DNA of 62,143 nt from Gemmatimonadaceae bacterium (GTDB lineage: Bacteria; Gemmatimonadota; Gemmatimonadetes; Gemmatimonadales; Gemmatimonadaceae): contig JAICLH010000001.1 of assembly GCA_025927495.1 (NCBI GenBank), positions 1 to 62,143 on the forward strand, read 5' to 3'. This document shows positions 27,499 through 36,605 of the stretch, piece by piece (the stretch's first letter is position 1; the number at the start of each line of letters is the position of its first letter). The notes under the pieces are model-generated. The model ran no database searches. It was not told where the DNA came from and worked only from the letters and a program-made list of their open reading frames with translations. The translations under genes were made by a program, and so were the position numbers.

Positions 27499-27541
27499 GA
27501 AGGCGATAACCCACATTCGGTTGTCGCCTTCTTCGTTTTTT
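27499..27541 (+). terminator. Rho-independent terminator after the bactofilin gene
   Basis: A 13-bp stem GAAGGCGATAACC / GGTTGTCGCCTTC (one U-G pair) with loop CACATTC, followed by TTCGTTTTTT. Confidence 0.75.
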
Positions 27542-27574
27542 ACACGTTCACAACGCAATACACATCAAGCCCTT

Positions 27575-28603
27575 ATGCCAGCTCTACACAGGCGTGTGCG
27601 ATTGTTCTCCACACTCTTCCACATTTGTGCACTCACTGCATGCGGGTCCGGCGCGGCGTCCCGCGGTACTGCGGATTCGAGCGCATTTAAGGTGGCGTTG
27701 CTGACACCCGGACCTATCTCCGACCATGCATGGAACGCCGGAGCGTACCAGGGCTTGCTCCGAATTCGCGACAGTATCGGCGCACATATAAGCCATATCC
27801 AGGTGAAAACGCCCGCCGATTTCGAGGAGAATTTCCGAGCGTATGGCGCACAAGGCTACAACCTCGTATTCGGGCACGGCTTCGAATTCCAAGACGCCGC
27901 GTCACGCGTTGGGCCTGACTATCCGCACACGGTCTACATCACCACATCGGGCAATCGCTCGGGGCCGAACGTCGCACCGATGATCTTCGGCTTCGAGGAG
28001 CCATCGTATCTGGCCGGCATCATCGCCGGCACCCTCTCGCGTTCGCGGGTCGTCGGTGTGATCGGTGGAACCGATCTTCCTCCCGTCAAGAGCAGCTTTC
28101 TGGCGTTCACCGCTGGGGTGCACGCCGTCGATCCGCGCGTTACTGTCCTCACGTCTTACATCGGGAACTGGGATGATGCGAGCGCCGGTAAAGAGCAGGC
28201 GCTCGCGCAGATTCAGCGCGGCGCTGACTTCATCTTCCAGAACGCCGACGCTGCCGGTCTGGGTATTTTCCAGGCCGCCAAGGAGTCGAAAGGTGTCTAT
28301 GTTTTCGGGGCGAATTCGGACCAGAGCAGCGTTGCACCGGGCGTCGTCATCGCGAGCGTCGTCATCGATCTGCCGCATGCGTTCCTAACGGTGGCGCGGC
28401 AAGTGAAGGCGCGGACGTTCAAGCCCGGGATCCTCTACTTGGGGACAGGTTCGGACGTGACCAGGCTCGTCATCAATCCAGCGCTCAAATCACTCATCTC
28501 GCCGGCGCTGCAGGCACGGCTCGACACGACACGGCAAGCGATCCTCGACGGACGATTGCACCCGCCTCGCATCGAGTTCGTCGACTCGACGAGTGCACGC
28601 TGA
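27575..28603 (+). CDS. BMP-family (Med/PnrA-like) ABC transporter substrate-binding lipoprotein
   Basis: ATG 27575 gives MPALHRRVRLFSTLFHICALTACGSG (lipobox). LTPGPISDHAWN, GYNLVFGHGFEF and VIGGTDLPPV are typical of basic membrane protein/nucleoside-binding SBPs. Confidence 0.85.
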   Translation: MPALHRRVRLFSTLFHICALTACGSGAASRGTADSSAFKVALLTPGPISDHAWNAGAYQGLLRIRDSIGAHISHIQVKTPADFEENFRAYGAQGYNLVFGHGFEFQDAASRVGPDYPHTVYITTSGNRSGPNVAPMIFGFEEPSYLAGIIAGTLSRSRVVGVIGGTDLPPVKSSFLAFTAGVHAVDPRVTVLTSYIGNWDDASAGKEQALAQIQRGADFIFQNADAAGLGIFQAAKESKGVYVFGANSDQSSVAPGVVIASVVIDLPHAFLTVARQVKARTFKPGILYLGTGSDVTRLVINPALKSLISPALQARLDTTRQAILDGRLHPPRIEFVDSTSAR

Positions 28604-28605
28604 GC

Positions 28606-29379
28606 ATGCCGACGCTCTCGGAGATCGCGCAGTACTTGGATGACCTCCTTCGCATCGCGGAGATTCCGGACTACTCCAATGCCGTCAACGGCGTTCAAGT
28701 CGACAGCGACGATGACATCGCGAGAATCGCCGCGGCAGTCGACGCACGCGAGCGTACGATCCGCGCCGCCGTTGCCGCCGGGGCGAATCTGTTGCTGGTG
28801 CATCATGGTCTCTTCTGGGGCGGTGTGCGGCCACTGCGCGGTCCGGCGCTGCGTCGCGTCGACGCGCTCGTCACGGGGCGTTTGGCGCTCTACTCGGCGC
28901 ACCTTCCGCTCGACGCGCATCCGACGCTCGGCAACAACGCGCTGTTGGCCCGGGAGCTTCGCCTAACGCCAACGTTCGGCTTCGCCCGACACCAAACGAT
29001 CGACATCGGCGTCGGCGGCGAATCGAATACGCCGACGGTGGAGATCATCGCGCGGGCGGCGGATTTCGCGCATCGCTTCGGCGGGTCTGTTCGCCACACA
29101 CCATGCGACGAAGGGCGCGCAACCAGGCGATGGGCCATCTGCACCGGCGCCGGCGCCTCGCGCGACACGATCGCGGAGGCCGCGCTCCGTGGCGTGGACA
29201 CGCTCATCGTCGGCGAGGGGCCGCATTGGACGGCGATCGACGCCGAAGAGCTGGGCATCGTCGTGGTCTACGCGGGTCACTATGCAACCGAGACGCTCGG
29301 CGTCCAAGCGCTCGCCGCCGATCTGAGTGCCAGGTTCGCGATCCCGTGGTCGTTCCTGCACGCGCCCACGGGTCTGTGA
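28606..29379 (+). CDS. Nif3-like dinuclear metal centre protein (YbgI/GTP cyclohydrolase 1 type 2 family)
   Basis: NGVQVD, LLLVHHGLFW, YSAHLPLDAHP..GNN and HYATE; size 257 aa. Confidence 0.85.
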   Translation: MPTLSEIAQYLDDLLRIAEIPDYSNAVNGVQVDSDDDIARIAAAVDARERTIRAAVAAGANLLLVHHGLFWGGVRPLRGPALRRVDALVTGRLALYSAHLPLDAHPTLGNNALLARELRLTPTFGFARHQTIDIGVGGESNTPTVEIIARAADFAHRFGGSVRHTPCDEGRATRRWAICTGAGASRDTIAEAALRGVDTLIVGEGPHWTAIDAEELGIVVVYAGHYATETLGVQALAADLSARFAIPWSFLHAPTGL

Positions 29380-30812
29380 CGACGAGCAGTGCTGCGCTCG
29401 CACTCGAGAACATTGCGCGCCGCTTCGACCATGTGCGCGCGCTCGACGACGCGTCCCTCGTAGCGCGCGACGGAACCGTGCATGCCCTGCTGGGCGAAAA
29501 CGGTGCCGGCAAGACCACGCTCATGCGCATCGCGTTCGGTCTCATCCGACCGGACGCGGGCACGATTCGCGAGCATGGCCGACTCGTCGAGCTGCCGTCG
29601 CCTGCCGCGGCGATTGCGTTAGGCATCGGCATGGTGCACCAGCATTTCAGCTCCATTCCCGCCTTGACCGTGGCCGAGAATGTTGCGCTGGGTGGGCACG
29701 GGGCGTATCGAGTGGATCGCGTCCGGGCGCGCGTGCGGGAGATCTGCGACCGCGTCGGGTTCGCGCTCGACCCCGAGGCGCGGGTGGTTGACCTGACGGT
29801 GGGCGCGCAACAGCGTTTGGAAATCGTGAAGGCCCTGGCGCACGGCGCACGAACCTTGATTCTGGACGAACCGACAGCCGTCCTCGCGCCGCGCGAAGCC
29901 GACGACCTCCTCGCGATGCTGCGCGGCTTCGCTGATACCGGCGGCACCGTCGTTCTCATCACGCACAAGCTTCGTGAAGCGCTCGCGATCGCCGACGATG
30001 TTACCGTGCTTCGTCACGGAAGCACCGTGCTCGCCGAACCGGTCGCCAACGTTGACTCGAACACGTTGGCCGAGGCGATGATCGGGAGTGCGCCTCCCAT
30101 CGAGGCGCGTCACGAACGCACGGAGCCCGGTCCGGTGGTGCTGTCTGCGCACGAGCTCAGCGTGAGCGATGCGCGAGGCGTGACGCGCACCCGGGACGTC
30201 AATCTCGACGTTCGGGCGGGCGAGGTGATCGGCGTGGCCGGCATTGATGGCGCGGGCCAGCACGAGCTCCTGCTCTGCCTTGCGGGTCGCCTCCCGGCAA
30301 CGGCGGGGTATGTCGAGGGGCCGACGACGATCGGATTCGTACCGGAAGATCGGCATCGCGACGCCCTGGTTCTCGAGTTCGACATCGCGGAGAATCTCGC
30401 GTTACGCGACGCCGGTTTCGCGCGCGGGCGCTTGGTGTGGCCGCGCATCCGCGCGCGTGCGGCCGCGATGCTCACGGAGTATGACGTGCGCGCTCCATCC
30501 TCGGACACGATGGTTGGCGCGCTGTCTGGCGGGAATCAGCAGAAGCTGGTATTGGCGCGCGAGCTGGAACCGAAGCCTCGATTGCTGATTGTCGAGAATC
30601 CGACGCGCGGTCTCGACATCGCGGCCACGGCGGCGGTGCATGCGCGACTTTTAGGCGCGCGCGATTCGGGCGCCGGCGTCGTCATCTACTCGAGCGATCT
30701 GGATGAAGTCTTGGCTCTGGCGGACCGGCTGATCGTGATGTTCGAGGGTCGCGCGCGGGAAGTCCCCCTCGACCGCGACGCGGCGGGTCGCGCGATGGTG
30801 GGCGCCGCGTGA
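29376..30812 (+). CDS. ABC transporter ATP-binding protein (tandem ABC domains, sugar/nucleoside type)
   Basis: Walker A GENGAGKTT, signature-like motifs, Walker B LILDEPT, and a second degenerate domain with LSGGNQQK. The GTG start overlaps the Nif3 stop (GTGA). Confidence 0.9.
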   Translation: MTTSSAALALENIARRFDHVRALDDASLVARDGTVHALLGENGAGKTTLMRIAFGLIRPDAGTIREHGRLVELPSPAAAIALGIGMVHQHFSSIPALTVAENVALGGHGAYRVDRVRARVREICDRVGFALDPEARVVDLTVGAQQRLEIVKALAHGARTLILDEPTAVLAPREADDLLAMLRGFADTGGTVVLITHKLREALAIADDVTVLRHGSTVLAEPVANVDSNTLAEAMIGSAPPIEARHERTEPGPVVLSAHELSVSDARGVTRTRDVNLDVRAGEVIGVAGIDGAGQHELLLCLAGRLPATAGYVEGPTTIGFVPEDRHRDALVLEFDIAENLALRDAGFARGRLVWPRIRARAAAMLTEYDVRAPSSDTMVGALSGGNQQKLVLARELEPKPRLLIVENPTRGLDIAATAAVHARLLGARDSGAGVVIYSSDLDEVLALADRLIVMFEGRAREVPLDRDAAGRAMVGAA

Positions 30813-32032
30813 CGGCGCCTAACGAAACAGCAGCACGATCACAGCTCGCCATTCTGGCGGCATGCCTCGTTCTCGGGATGTCGCCCTGGTTCAGCGCGAC
30901 GGTGGCGGCACCGGCGATGATCGCGGAATGGCACTTGCCCACCGCGAGCGGCCCGTGGTTCACGATGGCGGTACAGCTGGGATTCGTGGCCGGCACGCTG
31001 GTCGGTTCGGTATTCATGCTCAGCGACCGCTGGCGCGCCGAGCGGTTCGCGGGTTGGAGCGCGGTCGTCGCGGGAGTCGCGACGGTATTGATCGCGGAAC
31101 GCGTGCACACGGCATCGGGGGCGCTCGTGCTCCGGGCCGTGACCGGCGCGGCGTTGGCCGGCGTGTATCCGCCGGGCATCAAGTTGGTTGCGGGGTGGTG
31201 GCGATCTCGCCGAGGGCTGGCGATCGGCGTGTTGGTCGGCGCGCTGACGGTGGGATCGGCTTCACCGCACCTGATCAGCGCGCTCGCGCCTAACCAGAAT
31301 TGGCGGAGTGTTCTGTTGGTCTCTGCCGCCGCGACGTTCGCCGCGGCGGCGTTGTTCTTGTTTGCCGTTCGCGAAGGCCCGTACCAGGCGCCATCGGCGC
31401 CGGTGAGCCTGGCGGGGTTGCGACGGGTCGTCGGTGATCGCGGGGTGCTGCTGGCGACGGCCGGTTATCTCGGCCACATGTGGGAGCTCTACGCTATGTG
31501 GAGTTGGATCGCGCTCTTTTGGGTCGCGGTCGCTGTCCAACATGCACTGCCCCGCACGCTCCCGAGTACCATGGCGTTCGCCACGGTAGCGTCGGGCGCG
31601 ATCGGCTGCGTGGTTGCCGGCTTTTTCGCCGACCGCTTCGGCCGCACGACGACGACCATGACCGCAATGGTGGTCAGCGGATCCTGCGCGTTAGTCGTCG
31701 GGGTCGCGTATCGCGCGGCCGCCTCGCCGATGATCCTCGGCGCGATCACGTTGATCTGGGGCGTGAGCATCGTGGCCGACTCGGCGCAGTTCTCAGCGTG
31801 CGTGACCGAGCTTTCGCCTCCCGAATATGTCGGGACAGCCCTCACCGTGCAGACCTGCCTCGGATTTCTGCTCACTGTGGCAAGCATCCGGGCCGTGCCG
31901 GTGTGGGTTGCCCACTGGGGCTGGGGCCGCGCTTTCGCACCGCTCGCGTTGGGCCCCCTGTTCGGGACGATCGCGATGTTCCGGCTGCGGGCCCATCGGT
32001 ATCGAGTCCGCCTCGCCGGCGGTCACGGTTAG
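30809..32032 (+). CDS. MFS transporter (12 predicted TM helices)
   Basis: Uniformly hydrophobic, with a GxxxDRxGR-like loop (FFADRFGRTTT). The GTG start overlaps the ATPase stop. Confidence 0.75.
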   Translation: MTAPNETAARSQLAILAACLVLGMSPWFSATVAAPAMIAEWHLPTASGPWFTMAVQLGFVAGTLVGSVFMLSDRWRAERFAGWSAVVAGVATVLIAERVHTASGALVLRAVTGAALAGVYPPGIKLVAGWWRSRRGLAIGVLVGALTVGSASPHLISALAPNQNWRSVLLVSAAATFAAAALFLFAVREGPYQAPSAPVSLAGLRRVVGDRGVLLATAGYLGHMWELYAMWSWIALFWVAVAVQHALPRTLPSTMAFATVASGAIGCVVAGFFADRFGRTTTTMTAMVVSGSCALVVGVAYRAAASPMILGAITLIWGVSIVADSAQFSACVTELSPPEYVGTALTVQTCLGFLLTVASIRAVPVWVAHWGWGRAFAPLALGPLFGTIAMFRLRAHRYRVRLAGGHG

Positions 32033-32042
32033 GCGGCGGCAC

Positions 32043-33170
32043 GTGTCGGACCCGGCGCTCGCGGCGAAGCGTACGACGAGTCCCTGGCGTCGCCGTCTCG
32101 CGTCCTCGCTGACGCCGGGCATCATTGCGGCCGTCGTCGCCGTCGTGTCGCTCGCTCTGCTCTGGGTGGCGCTGCGGCTGGCGGGCTTCGATGCCACGCT
32201 CGCACTGGGCGCGCTGTGGCGTGGATCGTTCGGTAATTGGTACGCGTTCACGTCTTCGACGCTGGTGCGTGCGACGCCGCTCGTTCTCACCGGCCTCGCA
32301 GTCGCCATTGCCTTTCGGGCCGGCGTATGGAACATCGGTGCCGACGGGCAACTGCTGGTTGGCGCTGCTCTGGCAACGGCGGTCGGACTCGCTTGGGGTG
32401 GTGCCTTGGGCTGGGCAGCGCTGCCGATCGCGCTCATTGCCGGCGCGGTCGGAGGCGCGTGTTGGGCGGGCATCGCCGCCGTTCTCCGAACCAGGTTCGG
32501 CGTGCTCGAAGTCATCAGCACGATCATGCTGAACTTTGTCGCGCTCGATCTGGTGGGATACCTGGTGCGAGGTCCGCTCCAGGAACCGAGTCACGCGTAT
32601 CCGCAGAGCAACGCAATACCGAAGCAGATGCACTTACCGTTCCTGATCCCGGGGACGCGGCTGCACTGGGGCTTTGCGTTAGGCGTCGCGGCCGCGGTGA
32701 TCCTCTGGTGGGGCATGCGATCGACCGCCGCGGGCTTTCGCGTTCGGGCGATCGGGGCCAACGCCGACGCGGCGCGTATCGCGGGACGCATCGACGTCGC
32801 CCGAACGACGACCAACGTGCTGTTGCTGAGCGGCGCGCTCGCGGGCTTGGCCGGCGCCATCGAAGTGAGCGGTGTCACGTACGCGCTGTACGAGAACATT
32901 TCGCCGGGATACGGCTACACCGCGATCGCTGTGGCGCTGCTCGCCGGTCTCGATCCGCTCGGCGTCCTCGCCACGGGCATCGTGTTCGGCGCGCTCGAAG
33001 CCGGTGCGCTCTCGATGCAGCGTGAAGCGTCCGTGCCGTCGGTGGTGGTGACCGCGGTAGAAGCTGCACTCGTCCTTCTGCTGCTCGCGTTGAGCCGGCG
33101 GGGCAAAGCGGCCAGCGTCATCGGACGCTTTTCCGGCGCGCGATCGGCATCTGCGGATGAGGCGTCGTGA
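32043..33170 (+). CDS. ABC transporter permease (BMP/nucleoside uptake type)
   Basis: TPLVLTGLAVAIAFRAGVWNIGADGQLL and the EAA-like region YGYTAIAVALLAGLDPLGV. A GTG start at 32043 is chosen just after the MFS stop. The track ORF begins at 31827. Confidence 0.8.
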   Translation: MSDPALAAKRTTSPWRRRLASSLTPGIIAAVVAVVSLALLWVALRLAGFDATLALGALWRGSFGNWYAFTSSTLVRATPLVLTGLAVAIAFRAGVWNIGADGQLLVGAALATAVGLAWGGALGWAALPIALIAGAVGGACWAGIAAVLRTRFGVLEVISTIMLNFVALDLVGYLVRGPLQEPSHAYPQSNAIPKQMHLPFLIPGTRLHWGFALGVAAAVILWWGMRSTAAGFRVRAIGANADAARIAGRIDVARTTTNVLLLSGALAGLAGAIEVSGVTYALYENISPGYGYTAIAVALLAGLDPLGVLATGIVFGALEAGALSMQREASVPSVVVTAVEAALVLLLLALSRRGKAASVIGRFSGARSASADEAS

Positions 33171-34078
33171 CCACGGCGCTCACGAGTTTCCTCGAGGCGT
33201 CCGTGCGAACGGCGACACCGCTTGCGTTAGCCGCCCTCGGCGAGCTCGTGGTCGAGCGCGCCGGTGTGATCAACATCGGGCTCGAAGGCATCGTCCTCGG
33301 CGGAGCTTTCGGCGCGCTGCTCGGCGCGGGCAGCAACAACCTCGCTCTCGGATTCGCCGCGGGATGCGCGGCAGGTGTCGCCGTGGCCGCCCTATTCGGC
33401 GTGTTCGCCGTCGCCATGCATGCCGATCAGATCATCACCGGTACGGCGGTCAACCTGCTCGTCTTGGGCCTAACGGGAGCGCTCTATCGCGGGTTATATG
33501 GCGCGACGGGCGCGGCGCTCACCATCCCGACGACCGGCGCCGTGTCGTTGCCGGTCCTGTCGCGCATCCCCGTGCTCGGACCGACGTTCTTCGATCAGCC
33601 TCCGCCGACGTACATCGTGTATCTCGTCGCTCCGGCGCTGTGGTGGTGGCTGTATCGGACCCACGCTGGTCTGGCGATCCGCGCCATCGGCGAGCGCTTG
33701 GAGGCAGTTCGCGTTTTGGGCGTAAACGTGCCTCGCTGGCGGTGCGTCACCATCCTCATCGGCGGCGCGCTCGGCGGCGTCGCCGGTGCGACGCTGGTCT
33801 TGTCGCAGTCGGGCACCTTTGCGGAGGGCATGTCGGCCGGGCGTGGATTCATCGCGATCGCCATCGTCGTGCTCGGCCGTTGGCGCCCGATGGGTGTCCT
33901 GATCGCCTCGCTGCTGTTCGGCGCGGCGAGTGCCCTCCAGTATCTATTTCAAGCGATGGGTTGGAGCGTGCCGTATCAACTTTTTCTCGCGCTTCCCTAC
34001 GTCCTCACGCTCTTGGCGCTCGCCGGCTTCGCCGGGCGTCGGGTCGAGGCTCCGGCCGCGCTCGGCCGTGCCGGATGA
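33167..34078 (+). CDS. ABC transporter permease (second subunit)
   Basis: TPLALAALGELVVERAGVINIGLEGIVL and GFIAIAIVVLGRWRPMGV. The GTG start overlaps the upstream stop. Confidence 0.85.
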   Translation: MTTALTSFLEASVRTATPLALAALGELVVERAGVINIGLEGIVLGGAFGALLGAGSNNLALGFAAGCAAGVAVAALFGVFAVAMHADQIITGTAVNLLVLGLTGALYRGLYGATGAALTIPTTGAVSLPVLSRIPVLGPTFFDQPPPTYIVYLVAPALWWWLYRTHAGLAIRAIGERLEAVRVLGVNVPRWRCVTILIGGALGGVAGATLVLSQSGTFAEGMSAGRGFIAIAIVVLGRWRPMGVLIASLLFGAASALQYLFQAMGWSVPYQLFLALPYVLTLLALAGFAGRRVEAPAALGRAG

Positions 34079-34103
34079 GTCGAGGCAATCGACCGCCCGT
34101 CGC

Positions 34104-35069
34104 CTAACAGCCAGTGTGCACGCTCGTCCATCGCACGCGCCAGGACCCGTCCGCCTGTCGGTCGAGCAGGGCGTACGCGTTCGTGTCCTGGCCTTCGCGC
34201 AACACGAAAAGCCCGACGTGCGCGGGTGACGGGAGTCGGACGGCAGCGAGGACATCCGTCGTTTCGATCGCCTCCTCCAACCCGCCAACGCGCTCGTGAT
34301 ATGCGACGTGGAAGGCCGTATCGGCCGTCGCCGTGCTGCGCTCGGCGATGAGGAACGTGTGCTGTTCGAGCGGCGACGCCTCCTGATTCAGCCGCCTAAC
34401 GAGATCGGCCACCACGCCGTCCGTGCCGGCAACGGGCTGGAACCGGTAGGCATAACGAACGGAAAACGGAATGCCGCGAAACGTTCGACTCGTGTCGTCC
34501 GGCAGGGCGGATGCGAGCCTGGTGAGATCGGCCGCCAACCGCGCCGAATCCGTACCGGACATGCCGTCGAGCGAATCGAGGCCCACGGCGGAGACGCGTT
34601 GCTCGATGAATCCGACCGTCCAGCCCGCGGACCGCGACGTGTCCCGTGCCACGCCGAGTGTCGCCGTTGGCCATTCGACGCACTCGTCGCCCGCCCATTC
34701 CTTGGAGCCCGCTGAAATCACCGGCACTCTGTCCACCACGCCACTGCGACTGACGAGCGAGACGGAGTCGCCGCGCAACGTGGAGGCATCGAGCTGCAGC
34801 GTATCGGGCACGGTGCTGTCGCTGTAGTCCGGAAACACGACCCACGCGTTCGCCGCCGATGGACCGCGAGCCAGGACCACGGGACCAGCGCTCGAGTCCC
34901 ACTGTGTCGCCGGCGACGGCGTCGGTTGGGTCGCCACCGACTCGGCTGCGTTAGGCGGAGGGGTGCGCGTCGGAGTCGCCTGCCGAGATCGTTCGCACGA
35001 TGCGAGCAGCGCGACGAGCACGATGCACTGCATCGCACGCTGCATCCCAAGACCATAGGCCGCTGACAT
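34104..35069 (-). CDS. Hypothetical lipoprotein
   Basis: ATG 35069 gives MSAAYGLGMQRAMQCIVLVALLASCERS (lipobox). The remainder has a coding-like composition with no recognised family. The upstream extension in the track is Arg/Ser-rich artefact. Confidence 0.55.
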   Translation of the reverse strand: MSAAYGLGMQRAMQCIVLVALLASCERSRQATPTRTPPPNAAESVATQPTPSPATQWDSSAGPVVLARGPSAANAWVVFPDYSDSTVPDTLQLDASTLRGDSVSLVSRSGVVDRVPVISAGSKEWAGDECVEWPTATLGVARDTSRSAGWTVGFIEQRVSAVGLDSLDGMSGTDSARLAADLTRLASALPDDTSRTFRGIPFSVRYAYRFQPVAGTDGVVADLVRRLNQEASPLEQHTFLIAERSTATADTAFHVAYHERVGGLEEAIETTDVLAAVRLPSPAHVGLFVLREGQDTNAYALLDRQADGSWRVRWTSVHTGC

Positions 35070-35137
35070 GCGTGGAATCTTCCTGTCCTCGATGCAGGCG
35101 TCAACAACCGCGATCGCAGTCGACGACGCCCTTGGAC

Positions 35138-35407
35138 TCAGCGCGGCGGAAGAAATCGACCTACGAGATCCCAGTGCCAGGCATCTCGCCGAATGCCGGT
35201 GCGCGGATCCTTGAGCGGTTTGTATTGGAGACGTTCGGGAGGAAGCCCAACTTCGCGACCGTAAGCGAGCAATCGCTGACGATCGGTGGATACCAGATGC
35301 GCCATGGGCTGCCCCCGGTACACGTGCCGGTGCAGCCATAAGCCGCCCTCCATGGCGAACGTCATTCCCGCTCTTCTGTTCTCGAACTCGCGATACCAGC
35401 CCGTCAA
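35138..35407 (-). CDS. DUF4031-like small protein
   Basis: MAHLVSTDRQRLLAYGREVGLPPERLQ...HWDL resembles the DUF4031 pattern (H(L/M)(V/I).D...EL..FA..(I/L)G(L/I)...HYDL). Start uncertain. Confidence 0.5.
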   Translation of the reverse strand: MTGWYREFENRRAGMTFAMEGGLWLHRHVYRGQPMAHLVSTDRQRLLAYGREVGLPPERLQYKPLKDPRTGIRRDAWHWDLVGRFLPPR

Positions 35408-35443
35408 CGCGTCGCCTCGAGGGTCATGCCTTACGGCAGAACT

Positions 35444-35830
35444 CTAGTTACAGGCGACGACGGACTCCACAGTGGCGGGAGACGGTGGCGTAGCAGTGCC
35501 AATGTAGATCGCGCACGCGGAGGACGATGCGCCGGGGTGACTCGCGGTCGCCGACCACCCGGATGGCGACGCTTCACCAACCGTCACCGCCGTGCCTGGA
35601 GACGGCGAAAAATTGATCGCCGTCAGGTCGGTCGAGTAGACGTCGTTCGCATAGTAGTACGACTCTTCAGCAGTCGCGAGATTGCGAAGGTCGGACCGCA
35701 TCATTGCCGTGTATGCTTTGCCTTTCGTCGACGAGAACTTCGGAATCGCGATCGAGGCAAGAACGCCGATGATCACGACTACGATCAGCAACTCAATTAG
35801 GGTGAAGCCGGATTCGCGGGAGCGAGACAT
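35444..35830 (-). CDS. Type IV pilin (prepilin-type N-terminal cleavage/methylation domain)
   Basis: MSRSRESG|FTLIELLIVVVIIGVLASIAIPKF has the class III signal peptide with Gly-1, Phe+1 and Glu+5. C-terminal Cys pair (C...C). Confidence 0.85.
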   Translation of the reverse strand: MSRSRESGFTLIELLIVVVIIGVLASIAIPKFSSTKGKAYTAMMRSDLRNLATAEESYYYANDVYSTDLTAINFSPSPGTAVTVGEASPSGWSATASHPGASSSACAIYIGTATPPSPATVESVVACN

Positions 35831-35856
35831 AGGACGTTCCCCATGACCAAGATTGG

Positions 35857-35875
35857 AGCCACGACACGTGGCTCA
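35857..35875. promoter_or_regulatory. 19-bp palindrome GAGCCACG-ACA-CGTGGCTC, 27-45 nt upstream of the pilin start
   Basis: Perfect 8-bp arms read directly. A role as a regulator site or RNA hairpin is inferred only. Confidence 0.3.
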
Positions 35876-36055
35876 CGGGGCGTGCAAAGGCAATGGGGAT
35901 GCCGCATCCGAAGTCGCGACTAACCTATTGAGAATACAATGCTTACGGAGGACTGGGCATGGCGCGGGAGTTATTTTGACCGCTCGATTTGCCATGCTTA
36001 TGGCAGACTGCAAGCCGGATGAGAAGCGCCAGAGGCAGCGTCCCTGAAGGCTGCT

Positions 36056-36520
36056 TCACCGGGTGCAGCCGATGACGTCCTTGAGCGTGGCCGGCGCGAG
36101 CACCGGCGCGTTGCCGTAGTAGATGGCGCACATAGCGCTATCGCCGGCATAGTTCGCCTTCGCGGCCCAGCCGAGCGTGTCAGCAGACACCAGGCTGATC
36201 GAGACGCTCGGACTGCTATTGTATCGGATCAGTCTCAGGTCTGTGCTGTAGGTGCCCGTTGTGTTCCAGTACGCTTCTTCTGTCGTGGCGAGATTCCTGA
36301 GGTCCGCGACCATCGTGGTCACGTAGTAGCGCCGCTTGTATTCGCGGTAGTGCGGAATCGCCAGACCGACCAAGACGCCCATGACGACCAGCACGACAAG
36401 CAATTCGATCAACGAGAAACCGCGGAACGCTTTTCTGCGCCGCGCCGCCGTGCTCAGAGGAGCCGGTGAACGCCTCGAAAGAACGTACGGACGACTTGTC
36501 GTAGGTGCACAGCAATGCAC
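36056..36520 (-). CDS. Second type IV pilin-like protein with an unusually long leader
   Basis: ...RRRKAFRG|FSLIELLVVLVVMGVLVGLAIPHY (Gly-1, Phe+1, Glu+5), with a C-terminal Cys pair. The start must lie below the polA stop (36606). GTG 36520 is preceded by GGAGAG and gives a 41-aa leader. Other starts are possible. Confidence 0.65.
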   Translation of the reverse strand: MHCCAPTTSRPYVLSRRSPAPLSTAARRRKAFRGFSLIELLVVLVVMGVLVGLAIPHYREYKRRYYVTTMVADLRNLATTEEAYWNTTGTYSTDLRLIRYNSSPSVSISLVSADTLGWAAKANYAGDSAMCAIYYGNAPVLAPATLKDVIGCTR

Positions 36521-36605
36521 TGGGCGCTCTCCGGCGTCGGATCGCTGGGTGCGACAAGGATGTTCATCAAGACGATTGATCCCCCTTAATGTCTCGCCGC
36601 GTCCG

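Noticed and set aside
35831-35875. Sigma-54 promoter upstream of the first pilin (TGGCTCCAATCTTGGT on the minus strand).
   Set aside because: The -24 GG is present, but the -12 element reads TTGG instead of TTGC. The element would also leave a leader of fewer than 10 nt, so the match is too weak to call.
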